A stretch of 64,000 nucleotides of DNA, taken from an uncultured Methanosarcinales archaeon. Lineage in GTDB: Archaea > Halobacteriota > Methanosarcinia > Methanotrichales > Methanotrichaceae. The position numbers and the translations under genes are program-made. The notes under the pieces were generated by a model that made no database searches, was not told the origin of the DNA, and was given only the letters and a program-made list of their open reading frames with translations. The stretch covers positions 192,001 to 256,000 of the forward strand of contig CAWJKV010000002.1 of assembly GCA_963843555.1 (NCBI GenBank), in the 5' to 3' direction. Of this stretch, positions 11,357 through 19,909 are shown in pieces. Position 1 is the stretch's first letter. Each line of letters begins with the position of its first letter.

Positions 11357-11734
11357 CTAGTTGCCGCAGCCGGCCGCAGGGCTAGCAGCACAGCCGCAAG
11401 CTTGACAGCCGCAGGCAGATCCGCAATTAGCGCTGGGATAATTAACTGCGCATGAAGATGCCACACTAGCTCCTTGGGCACATGAGCCTCCGCAGTTCTT
11501 CAAGCATCCTGATTGCGAACAGGATGCACTGTTGGGGCAGGTACATGATTCTGCTTGTCCGGGAACCACTCCAATTCCTGCAGCTTCTTGGGCACATGAG
11601 CCTCCGCAGTTCTTCAAGCATTCTGATTGCGAACATGATACACTGTTGGGGCAGATACACGATCCTGCTTGTCCGAGAGCCATTCCCATTCCTGCAAGCA
11701 GCAGGACTATTGAGACGATTGCCAGTTTCTTCAT
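11357..11734 (-). CDS. Exported Cys-rich repeat protein (19 Cys in 125 aa)
   Basis: Signal peptide, two 38-aa repeats with 6 Cys each, CGC-rich tail. Confidence 0.7.
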   Translation of the reverse strand: MKKLAIVSIVLLLAGMGMALGQAGSCICPNSVSCSQSECLKNCGGSCAQEAAGIGVVPGQAESCTCPNSASCSQSGCLKNCGGSCAQGASVASSCAVNYPSANCGSACGCQACGCAASPAAGCGN

Positions 11735-11735
11735 T

Positions 11736-11777
11736 TTATACCACTCTACTCATCTTATACCACTCTACTCATCTTAT
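11736..11777. repeat. 19-bp tandem duplication (TTATACCACTCTACTCATC x2) immediately upstream of the Cys-rich gene start
   Basis: Direct reading: units at 11736-11754 and 11755-11773. Confidence 0.9.
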
Positions 11778-12069
11778 GAACGTCGCACGTTGACAACAGC
11801 TGATGATCACTATAGCATATGACGATTTGGATTTAGGCAAGATCCTTGGGACCATTAGACGAGAATGTGATTTAAATTGGAAGTGCATTCATTTTTAATC
11901 TTATTCTTTGCGGCTATTTTCCTTTCAGATTATTATTCTCACAGGAAAGACGGCAAGGGATCATGTAAATGAATTTGTCTGTTCAGGAGCTTAGAAAACC
12001 CTTTATACTTCGACGATCGTCTTATACAGGAGAGTTCACAATTGTGATGAACCAGCGCAAGGAGGAGTT

Positions 12070-12657
12070 ATGAAGATCATTAGCCTGCTAGGAGCATTTG
12101 CAGTTTTCAGCCTCATGATGGCGCCTGCCTTCTCGCAGCCGAGCCTGTCGGGCTGTGAATGCATGCTTGAGGATTGCCATGGGGAGCCTATTGAGAATTG
12201 CTGCAGCAAGGCCCTAGATAACTGCTGCATCTCACTGAACTGCACCTGTCCTGGGCTGACTGCGTCATACCCGGGGATGGAATATTATGATCCCGGTTAC
12301 TCTCAATTTGGCAAGAGCAGCTCGCGTTCGCCTGCCAGACCCGGATCGAGTGGTCTGCCAAGCTCCAGCAATGCCGGTGCGTCCTTCCCAGCGTCTCTGG
12401 TTGCTGCTGATAACATCGGACCGCCGGACCCGGATGTGGTAGAATATCTTCCCCCTTCGGCAAAGCAGGTATTCCTGGTTCTCGCATCAGACGGCCCTCT
12501 GACGCAGAAGGACATCATAAGTAAAACCGATCTTCCGCCCAGGACAGTGAGATATGCCCTGGGCAGACTCAAAGGAGAAGAGATGCTGGAGGAGCGTTTC
12601 TGCTTCAGCGATGCCCGGCAAAGCCTCTACAGCCTGTTTGGAATAGATACGAGGTAG
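12070..12657 (+). CDS. Signal peptide + Cys-rich domain + C-terminal archaeal winged-HTH
   Basis: 9 Cys in residues ~29-60; LPPSAKQVF..L...GPLTQKDI...LPPRTVRYAL..L...DARQSLY wHTH. Confidence 0.7.
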   Translation: MKIISLLGAFAVFSLMMAPAFSQPSLSGCECMLEDCHGEPIENCCSKALDNCCISLNCTCPGLTASYPGMEYYDPGYSQFGKSSSRSPARPGSSGLPSSSNAGASFPASLVAADNIGPPDPDVVEYLPPSAKQVFLVLASDGPLTQKDIISKTDLPPRTVRYALGRLKGEEMLEERFCFSDARQSLYSLFGIDTR

Positions 12658-12711
12658 ATGGCCTGGTTGTTAAAGGTTGACATAGTCTAAAGAGAATTTA
12701 CCCTCTCTCAA

Positions 12712-13884
12712 TCACTGTATCCCCCGTTTGGCTTTAATCCTCAGGGTGGAGAGTTTTTGCAGGGCATCATCTAAAGTCTCTATTTTTTTGGCAAAGTGGA
12801 AGCGTATCAAATGTCTTACATCCTCCCGGAAGAAACTGGAGCCCGGAACGGCTGCCACGCCCACCTCTTTTGCCATCCATTCACAGAAGGCGGTATCGTC
12901 CGCACATCCGAACTCGGATATATCCATCATTACATAATAGGCCCCCTGGGGAAAGGTGTATGTGAGCCCTTCCGCATTCAGTCCTTTGATGAAGAAGTCT
13001 CTCTTCTGCGTGTACATCTCGCAAAGGTTCGCATAATATTCATCCGGAAAGCCAAGTGCTGTGACGGCCGCCTCCTGCAAGGGTGCTGGCGCGCCTACGG
13101 TCAGAAAGTCATGCACCTTTCTCGCGCCATCGGTGATAGCCGGCGGAGCTATCAGATATCCCAGCCTCCAACCTGTGATGGAATAGGTCTTGGATAAGGA
13201 GCTGCAGGAAATGGTCCTCTCGAACATGCCCGGGAGAGATGCGAAATAGATATGTTTATACGGTTTATAGACAATATGCTCGTAGACCTCATCGGTTATC
13301 ACGAATACATCGTATTGATCTGCCAGTTCGGCGATTAACTTCAGCTCCTTTAACGTGAAAACCTTTCCCGTAGGATTGGAGGGATTGCATAGAATCAATG
13401 CCTTGGGTCTCTGCTGAAATGCCCTCGTCAGCTCTTCTTCATCAAATGAGAAGTCAGGAGGATACAGGGGCACATAGATCGGTTCGGCACCGGATAGTAT
13501 GGCATCTGCACCATAATTCTCATAGAAAGGCGAGAAGACTATGACCTTATCACCCGGATTGCAGACCGTCATCATAGCTGCCATCATGGCCTCCGTGCTT
13601 CCGCAAGTGACAACGATCTCTCTCTCCGGGTCGATAGGTATTTTCATAAATTTGGACTGCTTTTTAGCCAGAGCTTCACGAAAATTTTGAGCACCCCAGG
13701 TTACTGCATACTGATGCGGCCCCTTCATTGCGACATCTTCCAGAGCCCGCAAAAGCGGCTCTGGCGGCTGGAAATCCGGAAAGCCCTGGGAGAGATTGAT
13801 AGCTCCATGTGCGTTGGCAATTCGGGTCATTTTGCGGATGACCGATTCGGAGAAACATTCCGTGCGGCGGCTTAATGACGGCAT
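12712..13884 (-). CDS. PLP-dependent aminotransferase class I/II
   Basis: INLSQGFPDF, CNPSNPTG, TDEVY, SLSKTYSITGWRLG. Confidence 0.92.
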   Translation of the reverse strand: MPSLSRRTECFSESVIRKMTRIANAHGAINLSQGFPDFQPPEPLLRALEDVAMKGPHQYAVTWGAQNFREALAKKQSKFMKIPIDPEREIVVTCGSTEAMMAAMMTVCNPGDKVIVFSPFYENYGADAILSGAEPIYVPLYPPDFSFDEEELTRAFQQRPKALILCNPSNPTGKVFTLKELKLIAELADQYDVFVITDEVYEHIVYKPYKHIYFASLPGMFERTISCSSLSKTYSITGWRLGYLIAPPAITDGARKVHDFLTVGAPAPLQEAAVTALGFPDEYYANLCEMYTQKRDFFIKGLNAEGLTYTFPQGAYYVMMDISEFGCADDTAFCEWMAKEVGVAAVPGSSFFREDVRHLIRFHFAKKIETLDDALQKLSTLRIKAKRGIQ

Positions 13885-14286
13885 AATAAATTGACCTCAG
13901 AGTTAGGGAATCCAACATTTTGCTAGATTATATAATATGTGGGTCTGATGCCGCCCTTGAATTAATCAATCTTTTCATTTGTATGTAGCTCCCCGGAAGG
14001 TCGGCTTTATCCAGAAGATTGTGGTATGAAGGGCTCGATGAGCACCGGACGCTGGATCTGGGCTTCATGCTTCCAACGGCCGCGTACTTCTTGCCCTTTC
14101 CCGCCTGACCGCAGGAGGCACGAGGCACGTAAGCTCTTGGAGTCTGCGAGCGCGGGATGCACGCCAAAACGGGAGAAGTCACTCATTCCAGCACTTTTTT
14201 GGCTCCCTTGAGCCTCTTGCCAACCAGATCTTCTGTGAGCCTCTGTCACCTAGAAGTAAGTGCATATTGTTTCACTAATCAGCATA

Positions 14287-14313
14287 TTCTGATTTGTCAG
14301 AAATGTTTAAATA
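14287..14313 (+). promoter_or_regulatory. Inverted repeat TTCTGA-N4-TCAGAA next to TATA-like TTTAAATA
   Basis: IR at 14287-14302 and TATA-like box at 14306-14313, upstream of the AbrB-like gene. Confidence 0.5.
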
Positions 14314-14342
14314 TTCAGAAATATCCTATTGCTTGAGGTTTA

Positions 14343-14618
14343 ATGACGGCTGCTGAAGACGAGTTGGGATCCTGTTGCACGCCCAAAGGAATAGGCTGCT
14401 GCAGAGTGGAATCGATAGTGACCATAGACGAGAGGGGGCAGATGGTGCTTCCTAAAGAGATTCGAGAAAGGGCGTTGATAAAGTCGGGAGATAAGCTGGC
14501 CGTGCTGAGCCTGGAGAAGGACGGCAAGATCTGCTGCCTATCTCTGATCAAGGTTGAAGAGCTTGAAGGCATGGTGAAGTCCAGGCTTGGGCCTGTCATG
14601 AATGAAGTTTTTAAGTGA
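14343..14618 (+). CDS. AbrB-fold, CC-motif small protein resembling the HgcAB-associated HgcC family
   Basis: CCRVESIVTIDERGQMVLPKEIR...GDKL...CCL; three CC pairs. Confidence 0.75.
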   Translation: MTAAEDELGSCCTPKGIGCCRVESIVTIDERGQMVLPKEIRERALIKSGDKLAVLSLEKDGKICCLSLIKVEELEGMVKSRLGPVMNEVFK

Positions 14619-14679
14619 TAAATTAATTTAAATCCTAATTTGACTATCTAATTAAAAGAATTCTGATTCAGGTGGAAAT

Positions 14680-15513
14680 ATGAAAGAAAAAGATGAAAAA
14701 TTGAAGATGGCTGTAAGAGAGAGCTATGGGCGCGTTGCAGAGCAATCCGGATCCTGTTGTTCGTCCGGCTGCTGTGGTTCAGCCAAGCCAGAGGAGATCG
14801 CAAAGAAGATTGGCTACACGGAAGAGGAAGTGCAAGCTGTGCCAACGGGCTCAAACCTGGGACTCGGCTGTGGCAATCCAATCGCATTGGCCTCTCTGGC
14901 GGAAGGGGAGACCGTGCTGGACCTGGGATCAGGTGCTGGTTTCGATTGCTTCCTGGCATCCAACATCGTCGGCCCGAAAGGAAAGGTCATCGGAGTGGAC
15001 ATGACTATGGAGATGATAGCCAGGGCAAGAGACAATGCCCTCAAAGGAGGCTACGACAATGTGGAGTTCAGGTTGGGCGAGATCGAGGCTCTGCCGGTTG
15101 AGGATAACTCCATCGATATAATCATATCCAACTGCGTCATTAATCTGGTGCCGGATAAGAAGAAGGCCTTCCGGGAAGCTTTCCGGGTTCTCAAACCCAA
15201 AGGCCGTCTGATGGTCTCAGATATTGTCCTGCAGAAAAAGCTCCCTGATTCTGTGCTGGATTCGATTGAAGCCTATGTCGGTTGTGTTGCGGGTGCCTCG
15301 ACGAGGACTGGGTATTTGGATGCCATAAATTCGGCTGGATTTCGGGATGTAACAGTGATCAAAGAGACAAACTTCCCTCTGGATTGTATGACCAGCGATC
15401 CGAACGGCCAGGCGATCTTGTCCAGCCTGAAAGGATCTGCCGAGGAGATCAAAAAGATTGAGGGATCGATATCCAGCATAAAGGTCAGGGCCGTCAAGCC
15501 GGGACAGGGATGA
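14680..15513 (+). CDS. arsM: Arsenite S-adenosylmethionine methyltransferase
   Basis: SCC..CC N-terminus, NLGLGCGNP, VLDLGSGAGFDCF, IISNCVINL, YVGCVAGA. Confidence 0.93.
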   Translation: MKEKDEKLKMAVRESYGRVAEQSGSCCSSGCCGSAKPEEIAKKIGYTEEEVQAVPTGSNLGLGCGNPIALASLAEGETVLDLGSGAGFDCFLASNIVGPKGKVIGVDMTMEMIARARDNALKGGYDNVEFRLGEIEALPVEDNSIDIIISNCVINLVPDKKKAFREAFRVLKPKGRLMVSDIVLQKKLPDSVLDSIEAYVGCVAGASTRTGYLDAINSAGFRDVTVIKETNFPLDCMTSDPNGQAILSSLKGSAEEIKKIEGSISSIKVRAVKPGQG

Positions 15514-15856
15514 ACGGATAGAGCCGCTTTGTTCCAGGCAATGGCCTGCCGGAAATTGCAGCCATTCTTTTTTGCTTTTTTTGCTTTTTCTCATTTGGCG
15601 TAACTTGATGCCAAAGCTTCGTATGATCTTTTATGGCTCCCTCCCAAAGTTTCGACGACTTGGGGATAGAGGTCCAAATTATAATATTCCGTGAAAAAAT
15701 AACTTGTTGTTGTCTGGTGGATGGCAAGTTGGGTTCCGCTACTGGATATTCTTGTGAATCTTATATCAGAACTGGCATGCTACCCACGCTACTAGAATTT
15801 ATCTTGATGCAATCGATCTTTAAGACATATAATTCGATGAACGATATGCTTATCTA

Positions 15857-15874
15857 ATTGAACGATCGTTCAAT
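15857..15874. promoter_or_regulatory. Perfect 18-bp palindrome ATTGAACGATCGTTCAAT (likely autoregulatory operator)
   Basis: Direct reading, 6 nt before the MNT start. Confidence 0.7.
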
Positions 15875-15880
15875 ATTTTG

Positions 15881-16424
15881 ATGGCTTCTCTGAGAAAGTT
15901 CGTGGGCTTCAGAGTGCTCGAATTCTTTCTGACCCATCCTTCTTTAGAGATTCATCTCAATGAGCTGGCAAGATCTCTGGAGATCGCCAGGGGAAGTGCC
16001 AAGAGCTACTGCGATGCCCTTGTCGATGAGGGGCTGATCCTTAATAGAAATAAAGCCAATCTCCGGCTTTTCAGATTGAACAGGGATGATTTTGCCGTCA
16101 GAGAGATAACGAAGGCCTACTATCTTCTAAAGCTCAAACATTTAGGTGTCGAGCGCCTGGCTGAAGGCTGCATATCTCTGGCAATCTATGGGAGCTTTGC
16201 CCGAGGTGACATTGACGAACGAAGCGATCTCGATCTTCTGATTATAGGCGAGGAATCTGATGTGAATAGAGATGGAATCCTGAAACTCCAGGATTCCCTG
16301 CGATAGAGAGGTCCAGCTAACCGTTTTGCCATACTACCAATGGGAAACCATGAAAAAAGATGGCGATGGATTCGCAGAGAGCGTCTTGAGGAAACACGTC
16401 CTTGTGAGCGGTGTCCAGCTATGA
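15881..16424 (+). CDS. wHTH + minimal nucleotidyltransferase (MNT antitoxin), frameshifted near 16300
   Basis: N-terminal HTH; YGSFARG....SDLDLLIIG; shifted frame ends at a TGA overlapping the HEPN ATG. Confidence 0.85.
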
Positions 16425-16831
16425 GGTTAGAAGAATGCCTCGATAAAGGTCTTATCAAGAAGGATCCCCAGGCAAGCGAAAGGGTAGAAAGCTCTCTGAT
16501 GATTGCAGAGAGATTTCTCAGATCTTCAAGCCGTAACCTGGAGATCGATGAGCATGAGATGGCAGAAATTGCAGCCTACAATAGCGCATTTCATGCAGGG
16601 AGGGCTCTGCTTTTTGCGAAAGGGTATACCGAGCGCAGCCACTTTTGTCTCGGTGTTGCTCTAAAAGGTTTGTACAGAGGGAAAATCCTCGATCTTCTAA
16701 ATATTTTTGATAAAATCCGGATATCCCGACATAATGTTCAATATGGAGGAGCGCTCGTCAGAGAAGATGAGGCGGCGTTTGTAGTGGAATATTGCGCAGG
16801 ATTTTTTAGATGCAGCCAAAACGGAACTTAA
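16421..16831 (+). CDS. HEPN-domain toxin
   Basis: AYNSAFHAGRALL, RSH, R-x3-RH-x3-Y (RISRHNVQY); C-terminus probably frameshifted. Confidence 0.85.
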   Translation: MRLEECLDKGLIKKDPQASERVESSLMIAERFLRSSSRNLEIDEHEMAEIAAYNSAFHAGRALLFAKGYTERSHFCLGVALKGLYRGKILDLLNIFDKIRISRHNVQYGGALVREDEAAFVVEYCAGFFRCSQNGT

Positions 16832-16996
16832 TGAAAACAAGTGATCCAACTATTACTATGAAGTGGAACTGCAGTCGTCCGCCCATCTTTGGAACTGAGC
16901 CGCATGTGAGAGTCCTTCATCCGGATGATGACGAATCCAATATCCTTTCAGGAATCTCAAGAGTTCCTGGGATTCAATCGCAGGAAGCTTTTGCAT
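16828..16996 (-). pseudogene. hicA: HicA toxin, frameshifted and C-terminally truncated
   Basis: MQKLPAI..ELLRFLK/GFVIIRMKDSHMRL...VPLH then an early stop; GSH reads DSH. Confidence 0.7.
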
Positions 16997-17210
16997 CTTG
17001 GACGACTTCCAGCTCTCTGAAACCGACGAATGTATTGATGGTCTCGATCTTTGTCTCTTCCAGACACATCTCAACAACTTCCAATATGTTTTTCATGGCT
17101 TCTTCTACGGTCTCGCCCCAGGAGTGACATCCCTTAAAAAGCGGGCAGCTAACTATGTATAGGCCATCTTCATCGATTTCAATGAGAATTGGCAAGTGCA
17201 GCTTTTCCAT
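16974..17210 (-). CDS. hicB: HicB-family antitoxin
   Basis: DEDGLYIVSCPLFKGCHSWGETVEEAMKNI.E. Confidence 0.88.
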   Translation of the reverse strand: MEKLHLPILIEIDEDGLYIVSCPLFKGCHSWGETVEEAMKNILEVVEMCLEETKIETINTFVGFRELEVVQDAKASCD

Positions 17211-17444
17211 GATTGGATCAACCCATTTAGTCTTGCGAGCTGCAGACTTAAAGGTATTTCGCAATAGTTACAGTGCTTAACCCAATGAGATCCCAAAAGG
17301 CAAAATTAGGTTTGAGCAGGCGGGACCAGAGCTTATCTGTCTGCTCAGTAGCTGAGACGATCTGGATCGTAGGTCGTCGCCAATCGGTTTTCTGGATCTC
17401 TATTACTGGATGGGCACTGCTGATATGCGCCGCTGATTCGCAGT

Positions 17445-17505
17445 GGGCGCAGCGCGCGAAAAACGCGCGGTACAGTCTGGGCGCCTCAACGCCGGACAGG
17501 CTTGG
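17445..17505 (+). repeat. Structured dispersed repeat, copy 1
   Basis: GGGCGC-[CGCGCG AAAAA CGCGCG]-...GGGCGCCTCAACGCCGGACAGGCTTGG. Confidence 0.85.
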
Positions 17506-17612
17506 ACAAAACGATAGAGAAGGTTTAGTCTAGGTCCGGGCCATCGCAGGAGGTGACCGTGCCGCAGATCGTTATCATCGAGCCTCGCATGCCTGCGGCA
17601 TAGGTGCCCCCA

Positions 17613-18836
17613 TCAATAAGCCACATCCCTCCTTTTCCTCTCGGGGCTCGTCAGCCATGAATGCAAATCCGCCAGCACATTTTCTCCTATCGGCCCCAGG
17701 GGTTGAATCCAGTTCTTTGATGGATAGAAGGTGTGTCCCAGCCCAGGATAGATGATCAGGGTATGGTCGGGGTGGTTGACCTCCACTAATTTCTGCTCGA
17801 GCAGCATGGCCTGCTGGACAGGAACCTGGGTGTCATTCTCTCCCTGGAGGATCAGGATGCTGGCAGAGACATTGCCGATGATCTCGGTGGTATTGTTCAG
17901 GGCGAAGTAGGACTGCAACCATATACTTCCTGGGAACGTCTCGTTGGAGAGCAAAATTTGGGACTGCTTAATTATCAGTGGTTTCAGGTCATCCTGAATG
18001 CTGATGTTGCCCGTCTGGTTGGAGGTTATGACCGAGTGCCACTGGTACTGGTCGGTCGTATTGTTCTTCTCGACAAGGCCTGCAGACGGAAGCGGAGCAA
18101 TATTCTCGCCAGGTGTTGCCATGATCGCTTCCACTTCCTTTATGGACAACAGGCCATCATGGTTGGTGTCAATGATCTGATCTGCATATAATAGTGGCCT
18201 GGTTATCAACTGGAATTCCAGAAGGTTCCTCAGATTCTCTGCTGTCGCAGACATGAGAACTATATTCTTGACCTCTTTATTCTCCAGGGCAATCCTAGGG
18301 GCGACTATTGCTCCTTCGCTGTGGCCGAGCACAGTTATGTCGTTCCTGTCTACCTCAGGCTGGGCTATGAGTACCTTCAGGGCCTTCTCGGCATCGCTCT
18401 TATAATTCTCGTAAGTAGCATTGTTGACGATACTGGCATTAAGGATAGTACCGTTCAGACCTACCCCACGTTTATTGAACCGGAGGACGGCAATGCCTCT
18501 CGATGAGAGGTATTCGGCTATCTGCAGAAACGGCCTTGAAGGTTCACTTGATCCGGTGACTATTGGCGGAAGGTACTCGTTCATGTCTGTCGCCCCACTG
18601 CCCTGAATGAGAAGAACCCCTGGGAAGGGGCCTTCCCCCACTTTGGGCAGAGTGAGCTGGGCATCTGTATTCAGGCCGTCTCCAAGATCTATTACCAGGT
18701 CACGAGCTGCGAACTCCTGAGCACCTGCATTGGGAAGAGACTGCAGAATGATCAGGACGACGATCAAGGGAAAAGAGGCGAATGCTATGCGTTTCTTCTT
18801 TTCGGGTTTAAGCTGGCTGTTTTTGAAAGAGATCAT
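17613..18836 (-). CDS. Exported alpha/beta hydrolase
   Basis: Signal anchor, LLIQGSG, GHSEG nucleophile, QGENDTQV, GLGH. Confidence 0.88.
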   Translation of the reverse strand: MISFKNSQLKPEKKKRIAFASFPLIVVLIILQSLPNAGAQEFAARDLVIDLGDGLNTDAQLTLPKVGEGPFPGVLLIQGSGATDMNEYLPPIVTGSSEPSRPFLQIAEYLSSRGIAVLRFNKRGVGLNGTILNASIVNNATYENYKSDAEKALKVLIAQPEVDRNDITVLGHSEGAIVAPRIALENKEVKNIVLMSATAENLRNLLEFQLITRPLLYADQIIDTNHDGLLSIKEVEAIMATPGENIAPLPSAGLVEKNNTTDQYQWHSVITSNQTGNISIQDDLKPLIIKQSQILLSNETFPGSIWLQSYFALNNTTEIIGNVSASILILQGENDTQVPVQQAMLLEQKLVEVNHPDHTLIIYPGLGHTFYPSKNWIQPLGPIGENVLADLHSWLTSPERKRRDVAY

Positions 18837-18933
18837 ATTGAGATGTTGTCTCCACGGGTTTTAAGTTTTGGCCTCCTTGCTATGTGGGCGAACTTAATGA
18901 TTGTAAATCAATATCAGCTTCGCACTTTCTTCC

Positions 18934-19005
18934 GGGGTTCCGCGAGTCGGCCTTCTGGGCCTCCCGCGCTGTGGCTGGGGCCCCCTCAACGCCGGGAAGG
19001 CTCGG
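18934..19005 (+). repeat. Structured dispersed repeat, copy 2
   Basis: GGGGTTCC...GGGGCCCCCTCAACGCCGGGAAGGCTCGG; closest to copy 5. Confidence 0.85.
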
Positions 19006-19265
19006 ATAATGGTGGTGAATGGTTGATGCTATCTGGCCATGTTTGCTCTTCCGATTGCAGGTGATTAAGCTGCAGACTGATAGAGGGTCAGAATGTCGGC
19101 CCCTGTGTTTGAAACGTCGTAGCCCATTGATTGGCCAAATGGTTACGAATTGCCACCACAGAGCCACAGAGCGCACGGAGGACTAACAGAGGACTCGACT
19201 ATTCCATTCCAGGCAATATGTTGCAGCGCAGGATTAAATACGAGCACAAGACATGTATAATTTAG

Positions 19266-19499
19266 ATGAGAACGCTTCGTTATAGAATTCTGATCAGGCT
19301 GGAGACTGACGGAACATATACGGTTATTGTCCCGTCTCTACCAGGATGTTTGACCTTTGGCAATACTATTGAGGAAGCTTTAGAGATGGCAAAAGAAGCC
19401 ATCGAAGTATATATCGAAAGCCTTGCCGCCAGAGGCAAAGAGATCCCTGTCGAAGAAGATCAGATCGAAGCAACTATAACAGTTGTTGCAAATGCATAA
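19266..19499 (+). CDS. hicB: HicB-family antitoxin
   Basis: YTVIVPSLPGCLTFGNTIEEALEMAKEAI. Confidence 0.9.
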   Translation: MRTLRYRILIRLETDGTYTVIVPSLPGCLTFGNTIEEALEMAKEAIEVYIESLAARGKEIPVEEDQIEATITVVANA

Positions 19500-19715
19500 G
19501 TTGCCCGTCCTGTCACCAGAGAAGCTTGCCAGAGCTCTTGAAAAGAAGGGATTTGTGCTAGACAGGATTAGGGGCAGCCATCATGTTTATTGCCATCCTG
19601 ATCTTGATGTCACGGTTACAATTCCGTTCCACAAAAAGAGGTAGGCAAAGGACTGCTTATCGAAATCATGAAACAGGCAGGAATAACACGCGAAGAGCTA
19701 TTGGATCTCTTATAA
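19492..19715 (+). CDS. hicA: HicA toxin (1-nt shift in the A-run near 19635)
   Basis: MHKLPVLSPEKL..ALEKKGF...RGSHH...IPFH / VGKGLL..I.KQAGITREELLDLL. Confidence 0.85.
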
Positions 19716-19909
19716 ACGAGGGAGTGCGAATTATCGGGTACTTCCCCCGTTTGCGACCTTTCCATCTGGCTGATCGGGGTTCCACCTGCCCGAATCCCAC
19801 GCAAGACCGACCGACGCCTGCGAGAACGCTCCAGCCGCGAGCTTGCGATTCGAGCCTCTTTTCATGAATAGTAGTAACCGTGATTTGGTATCCCTAACTC
19901 TCCTAGCTT

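Noticed and set aside
13930..14250. Short ORFs between the aminotransferase and the AbrB-like gene
   Set aside because: No recognisable motif in any frame; possibly a decayed remnant.
16304..16306. TAG in the MNT gene as pyrrolysine readthrough
   Set aside because: The protein-like sequence continues in a different frame, so this is an indel and not an in-frame amber.
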